The notes beneath the pieces were generated by a model that did not search any database, was not told the DNA's origin, and worked only from the letters and a program-made list of their open reading frames with translations. From assembly GCF_018350175.1 (NCBI RefSeq), contig NC_058368.1:165728001-165792000 (forward strand): a stretch of 64,000 nucleotides of DNA. The letters are read 5' to 3'. This DNA is from Felis catus (Eukaryota). The position numbers and the translations under genes were made by a program. Position 1 is the first letter of the stretch, and each line of letters begins with the position of its first letter. This document shows positions 13,358-25,714 of this stretch, piece by piece.

Positions 13358-14244
13358 ATGATGAAACAGAAGAACTCTCCTCAAAAGAAACTACAGGAAG
13401 TAGCTAGCGATAACTAACGAATTGATCAAAAACGATTTAAGCAATAAAACAAACAAGAACTTATAATAATAATCATAAAATGAATTGCTGGGCTTGAAAA
13501 AAAGTATAGAGGACAGTAGTGATTCTATTGCTACAGAGATCAGGGACTAAGAAATAGTCATGAGGAGCAAAAAACACTATAAATGAGGTGCAAAATAAAA
13601 TGGAGGCGACCACAGCTCGGATTGAAGAGGCAGAGGAGAGAATAGGTGAATTAGAAGATGCAATTATGGAAAAAGAGGAAGCTGAGAAGGAGAGAGATAA
13701 AAAAAATCCAGGACTATGAGGGGAGAATTAGAGAGCTAGGTGATGCAAACAAACAGAACAATATCAGTATCATAGGAATTCCAGAAGAGGAAGAGAGAGA
13801 GAAAGGGGTTGAAGGTGTACTTGAACAAATCATAGTTGAGAACATCCCTGATCTGGGGAAGGAAAAAGGCATTGAAATCCAAGAGGCATAGAGAACTCCC
13901 TTCAGATGTAACTTCAATCAATCTTCTGCATGACATATCACAGTGAAACTGGCAAAATACTAGGATAAAGAGAGAATTCTGAAAGCAAGTCAGGATAAAC
14001 ATTATAAAGGGAGACCCATAAGACTTGTGGCAGACCTACCTATTGAAACTCGGCAGGCCAGAAAGAATGGCAGCAAATCCTCAATGAGATGAACAGAAAA
14101 AATATGCAGCCGAGATTCATTTATCCAGCAAGTCTGTCATTCAGAATAGAAGGAGAGATAAAGGTCATCCCAAACAAACAAAAACTGAAGGAATTCATCA
14201 CCACTAAACCAGCCCTACAAGAAATTCTAAGGGGGATTCTGTGA
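13358..14244 (+). pseudogene. L1 ORF1p, disrupted
   Basis: ATG at 13358; ORF-track fragment YEGRIRELGDANKQNNISIIGIPEEEEREKGVEGVLEQIIVENIPDLGKE is typical ORF1p; internal stops and frameshifts; terminal TGA at 14242-14244. Confidence 0.9.
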
Positions 14245-14312
14245 GTGAAACGTTGCAAGGACCACAAAGTACCAGAGACATCACTACAAGCATGAAACCT
14301 AGAGACATCACA

Positions 14313-17300
14313 ATGACTCTAAACTCATATTTTTCTACAATAACACTGAATGTAAATGGACTAAATGCACCAACCAAAAGACATAGGGTATCAGAATGGA
14401 TAAAAAAAACAAGACCCATCTATTTGCTGTCTACAAGAGACTCATTTTAGACCTGAGAACACCTTCAGATTGAAAGTGAGGGGATGGAGAACTATCTATC
14501 ATGCTACTGGAAGTCAGAGAAAGGTGGAGGAGCCATACTTATATCAGACAAACTAGACTTTAAATTAAAGGCTGTAACAAGAGATGAAGAATGGCATTAT
14601 ATAACAATTACAGGGTCTATCTATTAGTAAGAGCTAACAATTATAAATGTCTTTGTGCCGAATATGGGAGCCCCCAAAATATATAAACCAATTAATCACA
14701 AACATAAGCAACCTTACTGATAAGAGTGTGGTAATTGCAGGGGACTTTAATAATCCACTTACAACAATGGATAGATGATTTAGACACAGGATCAGTAAAG
14801 AAACAAAGGCCCTGAATGATACGTTGGATCAGATGGACTTAACATATTTAGAACTCTGCATCCCAATGCAACAGAATATACTTTCTTCTCGAGTGCACAT
14901 GGAACATTCTCTAAGATAGATCACATACTGGGTCACAAAACAGCCCTTCATAAGTATAAAAGAATTGAGATCATACCATGCACACTTTCAGACCACAATG
15001 CTATGAAACTTGAAATCAACCACAGGAAAAAATATGGAAAACCTACAAAAGAATGGAGTTAAAGAACACCCTACTAAAGAACAAACAGGTCAACCAGACA
15101 ATTAGAGAAGAAATTTAAAAATATATGGAAACAAATGAAGATCAAAATACAACAATCCAAATGCTTTGGGATGCAGCAAAGGCAGTCCTGAGAGGAAAAT
15201 ACATTGCAATCCAGGCCTATCTTAAGAAACAAGAAAAATCCAAAATACAAAATCTAACAGCACACCTAAAGGAAAGAGAAGCAGAACATCAAAGACCCCA
15301 AGCCCAGCAGAAGAAGAGAAATAATAAAGATCAGAGCAGAAATAAACAATATAGAATCTAAAAAAAAAACTGTAGAGTAGATCAATGAAACCAAGAGTTG
15401 ATTTTTTTAAACAATAAACAAAATTGATAAACCTCTAGCCAGGCTTCTCAAAAAGAAAAGGGAGATGACCCAAATAGATAAAATCATGAATGAAAATGGA
15501 ATTATTACAACCAATCCCTCAGAGATACAAGCAATTATCAGGGAATACTATGAAAAATTATATGCCACCAAACTGGGTAACCTGGAAGAAATGGACAAAT
15601 TCCTAAGCACACACACACTTCCAAAACTCAAACAGGAAGAAATAGAAAGCTTGAACAGACCCATAACCAGCAAAGAAATTGAATCAGTCATCAAAAATCT
15701 CCCAACAAATAAGAGTCCAGGACCAGATGGCTTCCCAGGGGAATTTTACCAGGCATTTAAAGCAGAGATAATACCTATTCTTCTCAAGCTGTTCCCAAAA
15801 ATAGAAAGGGAAGGAAAACTTCCAGACTCATTCTATGAAGCCAGCATTACTTTAATTCCTAAACCAGACAGAGGCCCAGCCAAAAAAGAGACTTACAGAC
15901 CAATATGCCTGATGAATATGACGCAAAAATTCTCAATAAGATATTAGCAAATCGAATTCAACAGCATATAAAAAGAATTATTCACCATGATCAAGTGGGA
16001 TTCATTCCTGGGCTACAGGGCTGGTTCCACATTCGCAAATCAATCAATGTGATACATCACATTAATAAAAGAAAAGATAAGAACCATATGATCCTGTCAA
16101 TTGATGCAGAAAAAGCATTTGACAAAATTCAGCATGCTTTCTTAATAAAAACCCTCGAGAAAGTCGTGATAGAAGGAACATACTTAAACATTATAAAAGC
16201 CATTTATGAAAAGCCCACAGCTAACATCATCCTCAATAAGGAAAAACTGAAAGCTATCCCCCTAAGATCAGGAACACGACAGGGATGTCCACTCTAACCA
16301 CTGTTGTTTAACATAATGTTGGAAGTGCTAGCATCAGCAATCAGACAACAAAAGGAAATCAAAGGCATCAAAATTGGCCGAGATGAAGTGAAGCTTTCAC
16401 TTTTTGCAGATGACATGATATTATACATGGAAAACCCAATAGACTCCACCAAAAGTCTACTAGAATTCATACATGAATTCAGCAAAGTCGTAGGATACAA
16501 AATCAATGAATAGAAATCAGTTGCATTCTTATACACTAACAATGAAGTAACAGAAAGACAAATAAAGAAAGTGATCCCATTCACAACTGCACCAAGAAGC
16601 ATAAAATACCTAGGAGTAAACCTAATCAAAGATGTAAAAGATCTGTATGCTGAAAACTATAGAAAGCTTAGGAAGGAAATTGAAGAAGATAATAAAGACA
16701 TGGAAAAACATTCCGTGCTCATGGATTGGAAGAATAAATACTGTGAAAATGTCAATACTACCCAAAGCTATCTACACATTCAATGCAATCCCAATCAAAA
16801 TTGCACCACATTCTTCTTGAAGCTACAACAAGCAATCCTAAAATTCATATGGAACCACAAAAGGCCCCGAATAGCCAAAGTAATTCTGAAGAAGAAGACC
16901 AAAGCGGGAGGTATCACAATCCCAGACTTTAGCCTCTACTACAAAGCTGTAATTATCAGGACAGCATGGTATTGGCACAAAAACAGACACATAGACCAAT
17001 GGAATAGAATAGAAACCCCAGAATTAGACCCACCAAAGTATGGCCAACTAATCTCTGACAAAGCAGGAAAGAACATCCAATGGAAAAAAGACAGTCTATT
17101 TAACCAATGGTGCTGGGAGAACTGGACAGCAACATGCAGAAGGTTGAAACTAGACCACTTTCTCACACCATTCACAAAAATAAACTCAAAATGGATAAAG
17201 GAGCTGAATGTGAGACAGGAAACCATCAAAACCCTAGAGGAGAAAGCAGGGAAAAATATCTCTGACCTCAAATGCAGCAATTTCTTACTTGACACATCTA

Positions 17301-18125
17301 CAAAGGCAAGGGAATTAAAAGAAATAGGAACTATTGGGACTTCATGAAGATAAAAAGGTACTGCACTGCAAAGGGAACAATCAACAAAACTAAAAGGCAA
17401 CCAAGGGAATGGGAAAAGATATTTGCTAATGACATATTGGACAAAGGGCTAGTATCCAAAATCTATAAACAACTCACCAAACTCCACACCGGAAAAATAA
17501 ATAATCCAGTGAAGAAATGGGCAGAAAACATGAATAGACACTTCTCTAAAGAAGACATCCGGATGGCCAACAGGCACATGAAAAGATGTTCAACGTTGCT
17601 CCTCATCAGGGAAATACAATACAAAACCACACTCAGATATCACCTCATGCCACTCAGAGTGACTAAAATGAACAAATCAGGAGACTCTAGATGCTAGACA
17701 GGATGTGGAGAAACGGAAACCCTCTTGCACTTGGTGGGAATGCAAACTGGTGCAGCCGCTCTGAAAACAGTGTGGAGATTCCTCAAAAAATTAAAAATAG
17801 ATCTACCCTATGACCCAGTGATAGCACTGCTAGGAATTTATCCAAGGGATACAGGAGTGCTGATGCATAGGGGCACTTGTACTCCAATATTTATAGCAGC
17901 ACTTAGAACAATAGCCAAATTATGGAAAGAGCCTAAATGTCCATCAACTGATAAATGGATAAAGAAATTGTGGTTTATATACACAATGGAATACTACGTG
18001 GCAATGAGAAACAATGAAATATGGCCTTTTGTAGCAACGTGGATGGAACTGGAGAGTGTTATGCTAAATGAAATAAGTCATACAAAGAAAGATACCATAT
18101 GTTTTCACTCCCATGTGGATCCTGA
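14313..18125 (+). pseudogene. L1 ORF2p (endonuclease / reverse transcriptase), disrupted
   Basis: MTLNSYFSTITLNVNGLNAPTKR (EN start), [36 protein letters not shown] (RT), [14 protein letters not shown]; split into at least 7 ORF fragments. Confidence 0.95.
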
Positions 18126-18672
18126 GAAACTTAACAGAAGACCATGGGGGAGGGGAAGGGAAAAAAAAAAGTTTAGAGAGGGAGGGAGCCAAAACGTAAG
18201 AGACTCTTAAAAACTGAGAACAAACTGAGGGTTGATGTGGGGTGGGAGGGAGGGGGTGTCAGGGGTATTGAAGAGGGCACCTGTTGAGATGAGCACTGGG
18301 TGTTGTATGGAAACCATTTGACAATAAGTTTCATATTCGAAAAAAAGAAGTAGAAGAAAAAATAAATTCAGCTCTGGTCAGAAAAATGCATTTTGTAGAA
18401 TTTGAATTATTTTTTGATATTTATGGTCCATAACACAGTCTATGTTAGTAAATTGTCTACATGTGCTAGCATACAATGTATATTATGGTTTCATTGGGTG
18501 AAGTGTTTTATGACTCAGTTGGTCGATTTGGTTGACAGTGTTATTCGGGCATTGTATATCTTTACTGTATATCTTTATGTAAGTATTTTCTTCATATAAT
18601 TGAAACCATATTGTTATTTGCATATATACATACATAAACATGTACATATACATGTATGTATATATGCATTTT

Positions 18673-19000
18673 TGTCTGATCAGGCTGCAATAATAGAAAT
18701 ATCATAAATTGGCCAGCTAAAACAGCAATTTATTTCTCATACTGAAGATCAGGGTGCTTCCAGATTTAGCGTCTGGTGAGGGCCTGCTTTCAGGTTCCTA
18801 GAGGGCAGTCTTCTTACTGTGTCCTCACATGGCAGAAGGAGCAAGGGAGCTCACTGGGGTCTCTTTTTTAGGGACACAGATCTATTTGCGAGGGCTCCAC
18901 CCTCATGACCTAATCACTTCCCAATGTGTACAAATAGCATCACATTGGGGATTATGTTTCAACATATGAATTTGGGGATATAAACATTCAATCCATAGCA
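18673..19000 (-). mobile_element. MLT1A-like MaLR solo LTR
   Basis: gtctggtgagggcctgc, tgtgtcctcacatggcagaagg, gagggctccaccctcatgacctaatcac, ends atccatagca. Confidence 0.9.
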
Positions 19001-20121
19001 CACACATATTTAGAATCATTATATTTTATGATATACTGAACTCCTCATCATTATGAAATACTTCACCAGCACTGTTAAATTTCTTAATAGCTTTGTATTT
19101 TAATTCATAAAATAATCTATTTTGTAGTTTCATAAAATGATCTATTTTACTTTTAACCTAAACATATCTTCACATTTAATAAGAAAATGTTGTAGAGAAC
19201 ACAGTGTTGTCTTATTTATTCAGCGTAACACTGTCTGCATTTCAATGCACATATTTAGACCATTTATATATTTAATGAGTTTTTGACTTTTCTTCTACGT
19301 TCTAGTTTTATTAATTATAACTCTTTTACAAATATTTTAGTGCTTCTTCTATGGTTTGTAACTTACAAATTTAATTTACCACAGTTTACTTTCAAATAAT
19401 AGTACTTTCCTTCATAAATTATATAAAAACCTTATGACAATAAATTCTTATTTTACTTTATCCCACCTCTTGCGCTATGGTTCTATACATTTGTCTTCTA
19501 TATATGTTATAAATTCCATATGTGGGCCTCAGGGTTGGTGCCATTTCAACATTTCTGCTCCTACGTCCCTCACATGGCATCTAAACTCTGCATTCTCTCT
19601 CTGGCAGATCTTAGGCAGAAAAGGATTTCTTGCCCTGCACCTAGCTGTTAGAAGTCCTCCGGTTTTCTTTCATGTAGCATGCTTAGTATGAGAGGTCTTC
19701 CTACCCCACCACTAGAGACAGGAGTCTTCTACTCTTCCTCCAGAAGCATTGGATCTTTGCTTTTGTGTCCTGCAGACAGGAAAAAAGGGTTCCTACCTCC
19801 TCTTGCTTCTATCTCTCCCTTAGATGTTCTGGGGTGGGGTGGTGGGGGGAGAGGGTTTGTTGTTCCTCCCACAGTGGCTTAAAGCTTTTCCTTCATCTGA
19901 GAGGTAAGTCTGACAACAGTGGACAGTATTTTTTTTTTGTCTATCATCAATGGCAGTTGATTATTTCCTATAGGTTTTGACACAACTGAAGGTAGCTTTC
20001 TCTTGTTTTCTGACCTGCCTTCCAATCTTTTTCATGAACATCCAGTGAAGGTGAAGGTCCTTGGGTACACAGGAGTGGGTACACAATCCCTTTGCATCTC
20101 AGGTTTCCAGATATTCTAAAT

Positions 20122-20332
20122 CAATGATTCTCAACATAGGACAATTCTTCTCTTATTCCAGGTGCATTTAGGCAATGTCTGGAGACATTTTTGGTTGTCA
20201 CAAGGTGTGAGTTATTACTGGCATCTAACAGGTAGAGGCCAAGGAAGCTGATACTATAATGTACAGGACAGTCCTCCACAACCCAGAATTATCCAGTGAA
20301 AAATGTCAATAGTACTTAGTTGAGAAATAGTG
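20122..20332 (+). mobile_element. MER20 (hAT-Charlie MITE)
   Basis: ggcaatgtctggagacatttttggttgtcaca, gtagaggccaagga; 8-bp TSD ttctaaat / ttctaaac. Confidence 0.9.
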
Positions 20333-21257
20333 TTCTAAACTCCTAGGTTATTCAAAATCTGGCCTATAGTCATTCATACAGTTTTAGTTGATTTCTTGTG
20401 ATTAGCTTTTAGGACAGCCACCTCTTTCTCCCATACTGCGCTAAAAGTAAAGCATCCATATATACCATTTCTCTTCAGAGACACTTTTCACTCTTTGGAT
20501 ATCAGTTTCCTTGGTTGTTTTGCAATTTCAGCTCTTTGACAGGAAAATGTATGATTTTGTAGGTTATTTCATTTTTCTCATTAATAAGACAAAAAAGACA
20601 TTCTCCTGCAGGTTTCTACATGCTAAGTGGAGACAGAACTCCATTCACTCATTTTTTTTCTTTCTTTTCTTTGCTACTTTGGAATTCTTCTGGGAGTAAA
20701 ATACCTATAAGTGAAGACAATGAAAATTTCTCCAATCTGTAAGCTTCTGCATTCTATTTTAGATATAAATAATCTCTTTTATATGAACGCATGCTTCACA
20801 AAGTATTAAATGCAGACTCAGATTTCTCTTAGTTTATGTATAATCATCAATTGACTCCTGAAATATTTGTAAAGATATAAAATCATGAATGCGCCTCTGC
20901 ATCAAAGATTCCAACATGCTTATCTATCAGCTCTACCAGTAACTCATTGAAGGGAACATGCTGTGTGCAACAGAGGCATAGTATCCGAACTACAAATACA
21001 AGTAAGATGAAATTCCTGCTGTTAGTGCAGTGTTGCAATGACATAGCTGTTAATACTAGAGGCATGTGGTTGTCTATGTGTGTATGGGGATGGTAGTGTA
21101 CATTTGGAGCAGAGAGAAAAAAAAAAAGAACAATGTACTGAATTTAATAGCTTACTGGCCTTGTCATTATCTAACTCTATGGGCCTGACAAACTAAACTA
21201 GTTGAAACCATTTTTTTTTTACCTTAAACATCTTAAAATTAAGGGATTAGACTAGAT

Positions 21258-21422
21258 TAGTGGTTTTCAAATTGGCTTTTGTTCATTTAGTAGATCTGTG
21301 GCTGTACCCTCACATATTCTCATTCACTAGCTCTGTAGTTAGGCCAAATAATCTTTACTTTTACTGAACTCCTTTGATAATACTGATGCAGTGGTCTGAA
21401 GATTACATTGTGAGAAGTTCTG
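21258..21422. mobile_element. MER5-like hAT MITE relic
   Basis: agtggttttcaaa start; gataatactgatgcagtggtctgaagattacattgtgagaa end. Confidence 0.55.
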
Positions 21423-22789
21423 ATTCCTTACTAGACTAGAGACTAGGAGACTAGACTGGAGACGGGGAATTTACTTAAATTTAACTTTGCTTCCTAGCTA
21501 CTAGAAAAATGTATACAGTAGATAGTAGATATATAGTAAATCCATAATATATAAATGTTGAGTTGATCTAAAATGGTATACAAGGTCTGCCAGGTCAAAG
21601 GGTCTACAAGTTGGATGTTTATATTTCAAATAACAGAAGGGAATTTCAGGACTTTCTGAATTAGTATTCAAACTTGTTTTCTGATGATAGTTATGCCTGT
21701 TTTGTGATAATATGGCCATTATCTGCTGTGTAGGACAAAAGTAGAAAGCAATGAGAAAGCATGAGAGATACATTTCACACAACAGACTTTTATGTAGACA
21801 AGTATATATTTTTGGTTTGTGGATTAAAGATTGAACTTGTTTTATTAGCTAAAATATTTTTCTTTACTTTTTTAGAATTCCTTTAGGATAAGACTGATAA
21901 ATTTTTGTTATTTTACTGTTGTAAAATAGAGATAATAAAGATTTAGTAATTTTAATAGCTACACAAAATAGATATGGAAATGTGGACACTGCCAGCTTTG
22001 TAGGAGTTAAAATGTATTGTAATCATTTTGAAAAACTGCACTGAGAATAAACATTTTTATTCATAAATATCAAATAGTATTCTAGTTATAATCCTTACCC
22101 TAATGGAAATAGAAGAAATATGATTTAAGGATGAAACAAGTGCATCATATGGAATGCATACGACTAGAAAAAGTTTTACCCAAAAGCACTACATGTTTCA
22201 GTTTCCTTGAACTGTAAATGGTCAATATCAATGACCATCCACTGTGCCAGAGGAAAATTAAATTGAATTTAGTTTGCTTCAATTTATTTGCAACTGAGGG
22301 GACAAACCCTGTGCACACCCATAACATTTTATCTTTGAACCAATAACTAAAAAGTCTAAAGTTGTTAAGGCATCTTGTAAAAGTTGAGAGGTCAGTGAAG
22401 GGTTTGAACCTGAATAACACAGCACTCTTTCAATCTTTTAGTTCAAAACAAACATAGAAGACACAGTAAGCTCACTGATAGAAAAGCTGTTTTATTTCTC
22501 TGGTGTAGATAATTCGCATGACCTGCTTGGTTCACCTCTCTCCTTTTATATAAGTAGCATACTCCTTCCACCTTCAGATCCTTCTGTACAGATCCTTCTA
22601 CGCCTGTAAGATTGTCTTTTCTGTTGTTGCCCTACCACAGTGTTTATAGTTCTGGGAGCAGGTTTTTTTCTACTGCAATTCCCAACAATTTCTCTCATTC
22701 TACACGTACTGCTGCTATTCTACACATGCTCATGTAGAGGAGACAGGAATGCAATTGTCAAAACTGTGCCATGAAAAACCCATAAACAT

Positions 22790-22860
22790 AATTCAGTGAT
22801 TAAACAAATATTTATTGAGAACCCATCAGTCAATATTCTAGGCACTAAGAATACAGTGGA
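22790..22860 (-). mobile_element. L2 3' end fragment
   Basis: aacaaatatttattgag...ttctaggcactaagaatacagtg. Confidence 0.7.
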
Positions 22861-24085
22861 TCTCACACACAGCTCCCCTCCAACACACACAGGATCCACA
22901 GATATCTAACATCAGAGGCCTAGACCTTGGTGGCTTATAACAAAATTTATTCATTACAAAAGAGTTTAATGTTTAGATTTAGCATAAGTGTGTGTGTGCT
23001 CGCTCGCATGTGCGTGTGTATGTGTGTGTGTTTAAAGTCACTTAGCTGTGGAAAATTAATAATATTATAAATATTATAAATATCACATTTTCTACTCTGT
23101 AACATCAGAAACTGTGGCATATGTTCATTTTTCCTACTTCAACTGTCATTCAAATTGAACTAGAAGAAAGGTACAATATTCCATTACACTGTATCACCAC
23201 ATATCACGTGCCCCATAGAATTACTTTAAAAACAACTACTTCTTTAACTTTATCATTAATTTTCTCTTCCCTTGTGCACCAAAGATGATATGGTTTCGGA
23301 TCATGCTAAAAGATGATGAAGGGGAAAGTCTTTAGGATAAAATGCAATTATAAATACAAGCATCTGGTAATGGCTCAATCAAGTGTTATCTCAATATAAG
23401 GTAAGATAAGTCATTAAATAAGTTTTAAATAATACCATTTTCTAATCTTAATATTAAAATGAAATATTCTAAGAAATTAATGTAAACAATCAAAATCGAA
23501 GTGTTTTTATTTTTTATTTTTATTAAGTTTCCCATTAGGTATTACTGGATCAAAAAATTCCTTCTTGTAGTTAACTATGAAATAATAGAAAAAATGCAAA
23601 AAACATATTGTTCTCAAAAGGTCATATTTGGCCAGCAGATTTATTTTGTTTGCTCACATAGTTTGAATTATTTGTCCACATTTTAAAAGTAGATATTTTA
23701 TATAAAATTTCAACTTATGGATTTTGTAGAGAAGTTGCAGACCTGCAACACAAAACCCACTCCTTCTCACATGGCAACAATCAACTGAATCTCTGCAGTG
23801 GTTGTGTGTTTTTGATGAAGCACGCTCTCTGTAGCTTGGGGAAGCCCACTGCACCCCAACTGTCTCACACTCTCCCTGCCCAAGTCATGTACAGTATGTT
23901 TCTGCTAACTGTAGTTTTTTTTAATTTGCTAAAGGAAGCTTTAACCTACTGCCATCATTCACTAAAATAGAACTAATATGACATAATCATTTGTTTTACT
24001 TTTGTATTTTCAAAAATACTTGGTTGTATTTTTAAGTTGGAGGATAACTTAAGATTTCTAAGAGATAATTTAAAAATTAAAAAAA

Positions 24086-24328
24086 GGGGCGCCTGGGTGG
24101 CTTGGTCAGTTAAGCGTCTGACTTCAGCTCAGTTCATGATCTCCCGGTCCGTGAGTTCGAGCCCCGCGTCGGGCTTTGTGCTGACAGCTCAGAGCCTGGC
24201 GCCTGTTTCAGATTCTGTGTCTCCCTCTCTCTCTCTGCCACTCCCTTGTTCATGCTCTGTCTCTCTGTCTCGAAAATAAACATTAAAAAATTTTTTTTAA
24301 AAATAAAAAATAATAAAAATTTTAAAAA
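24086..24328 (+). mobile_element. SINEC_Fc-type Can-SINE
   Basis: ggggcgcctgggtggc head, B-box gagttcgagccc, (CT)n, A-rich tail. Confidence 0.95.
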
Positions 24329-24976
24329 TATGAAATAATTCCTTGCTCAGATTTCACAATTTGAACTTGGTGTGAACCTGTAGCTCAGAGAAGTTAATGA
24401 CTCACAACCTGTTTCATAACAACTTGCTGGCATTGCTGGAACTAAAATATTTCTTCACAACCAACACAGCTTAGGAAATATTTCTGAAATATTTGTGATG
24501 CTCAAGGAATAATTTACACAACACATGTACATATTTGTATGAACATTATATTCCCTAAAGAACAAAGGAATTCACGTACACTGTTTAAATTCTTCAATAA
24601 TCGGACATATTTTTATGATGCAATATTGTTTTGGATTTTAAAATCTTGCTTAAAACAACGCCACCATTTATATTATTATTAAAATTTTTAATCAAAAGTA
24701 AAATATACCTACCTGTCAAAAATACATTAAATATGCATACACTGTAAAATAATGCTGACTATAGAACACTGACATGTTATTATACTATATTAATAACACT
24801 AAACTAATGTGTGGTTAATTTTAATTGCCTAGAATATATGGTTCTCATTTGTTCTCACTGGTTTAAAAACATCATTCTCACTGCTAAGTATTTCCAAAGA
24901 ATGAATAATAAAAATTTAAAATATTATAAGTATAAGAGTACATAAAACTATTTTCCCAAAATGCCTAGCATTTTTA

Positions 24977-25183
24977 TTTTATTTATTTTATTTTTTTAAA
25001 TGTTTATTTCATTTTTGACAGACAGACACAGCACATGAGTGGGGGAGGGGCAGAGAGCGAGACACAGAATCCGAAGCAGGCTCCAGGCTCTGAGCTGTCA
25101 GCACAGAGCCCAACGCGGGGCTCAAACTCACAGACTGCGAGATCATGTCGGACACTCAACCCACTGAGCCACCCAGGCGCCCC
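24977..25183 (-). mobile_element. SINEC_Fc-type Can-SINE with small internal deletion
   Basis: TSD atgcctagcattttta at 24961-24976 and 25190-25205. Confidence 0.95.
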
Positions 25184-25493
25184 ACCAAGATGCCTAGCAT
25201 TTTTAGTCAACTTCAGATAGAAGTATTGTCTTTAACTAGCCTCCAAATATATTTATTTATATTACTTTTCAATTCTTAAAGACTTTTCAAACAGAAAGCA
25301 GAATGGGATTTAATTCAATAGAGTCGCCACTCCACCAGGTTTGCCCTTCTGTTGCCTTGCTCCTGATAACCAGGGTGCTCTGTGAACTGTTTGATTTCAC
25401 TGAAAACATTATTAAGATTATTAACTCTTCAATTAAGCTTATGCCAAAGTCCAGGATATTTTTCCAAATATGTATTAGTTGAATATAGTTTTA

Positions 25494-25714
25494 CTTTTAT
25501 TTTAATTTTTTTTAACGCTTATTTATTTTTGAGACAGAGAGAGACGGAGCATGAACGGGGGAGGGTCAGAGAGAGGGAGACACAGAATCTGAAACAGGCT
25601 CCAGGCTCTGAGCTGTCAGCACAGAGCCTGACGTGGGGCTTGAACTCATGGACCGCGAGATCATGACCTGAGCCGAAGTCGGCCGCTTAACCCACTGAGC
25701 CACCCAGGCGCCCC
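25494..25714 (-). mobile_element. SINEC_Fc-type Can-SINE
   Basis: Exact 17-bp TSD agttgaatatagtttta at 25477-25493 and 25715-25731. Confidence 0.97.

Larger units (their letters stand above)
12423..18362 (+). mobile_element. Full-length felid LINE-1 (L1_Fc-like), inactivated
   Basis: GC-rich 5'UTR, ORF1, ORF2 (EN, RT and C-terminal relics), G-rich 3'UTR, A-rich tail; TSD taaattttgctctg (12409-12422) / taaattcagctctg (18363-18376). Confidence 0.97.
6835..20642 (-). mobile_element. Ancient L1M (L1MB7/8-like 3' end), near full length but fragmented by at least 8 nested insertions
   Basis: Reverse L1MB 3'UTR at 6840-7150 (tgtaaccaccacccc...cttatttcacttagcata); antisense ORF2 relics 7150-10710, 11500-11575, 12359-12422 and 18377-19520 join colinearly across inserts; L1M-type 5' end at 20500-20642 (ttctacatgctaagtggagacagaactcc). 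Assignment of the 5' part to the same copy is inferred. Confidence 0.75.

Noticed and set aside
16294..17400. Minus-strand ORFs of 111 and 153 aa
   Set aside because: Ordinary antisense shadows of L1 ORF2
23728..23971. Stop-free plus-strand frame of about 80 codons (EVADLQHKTHSF...)
   Set aside because: No recognisable protein similarity or convincing donor site
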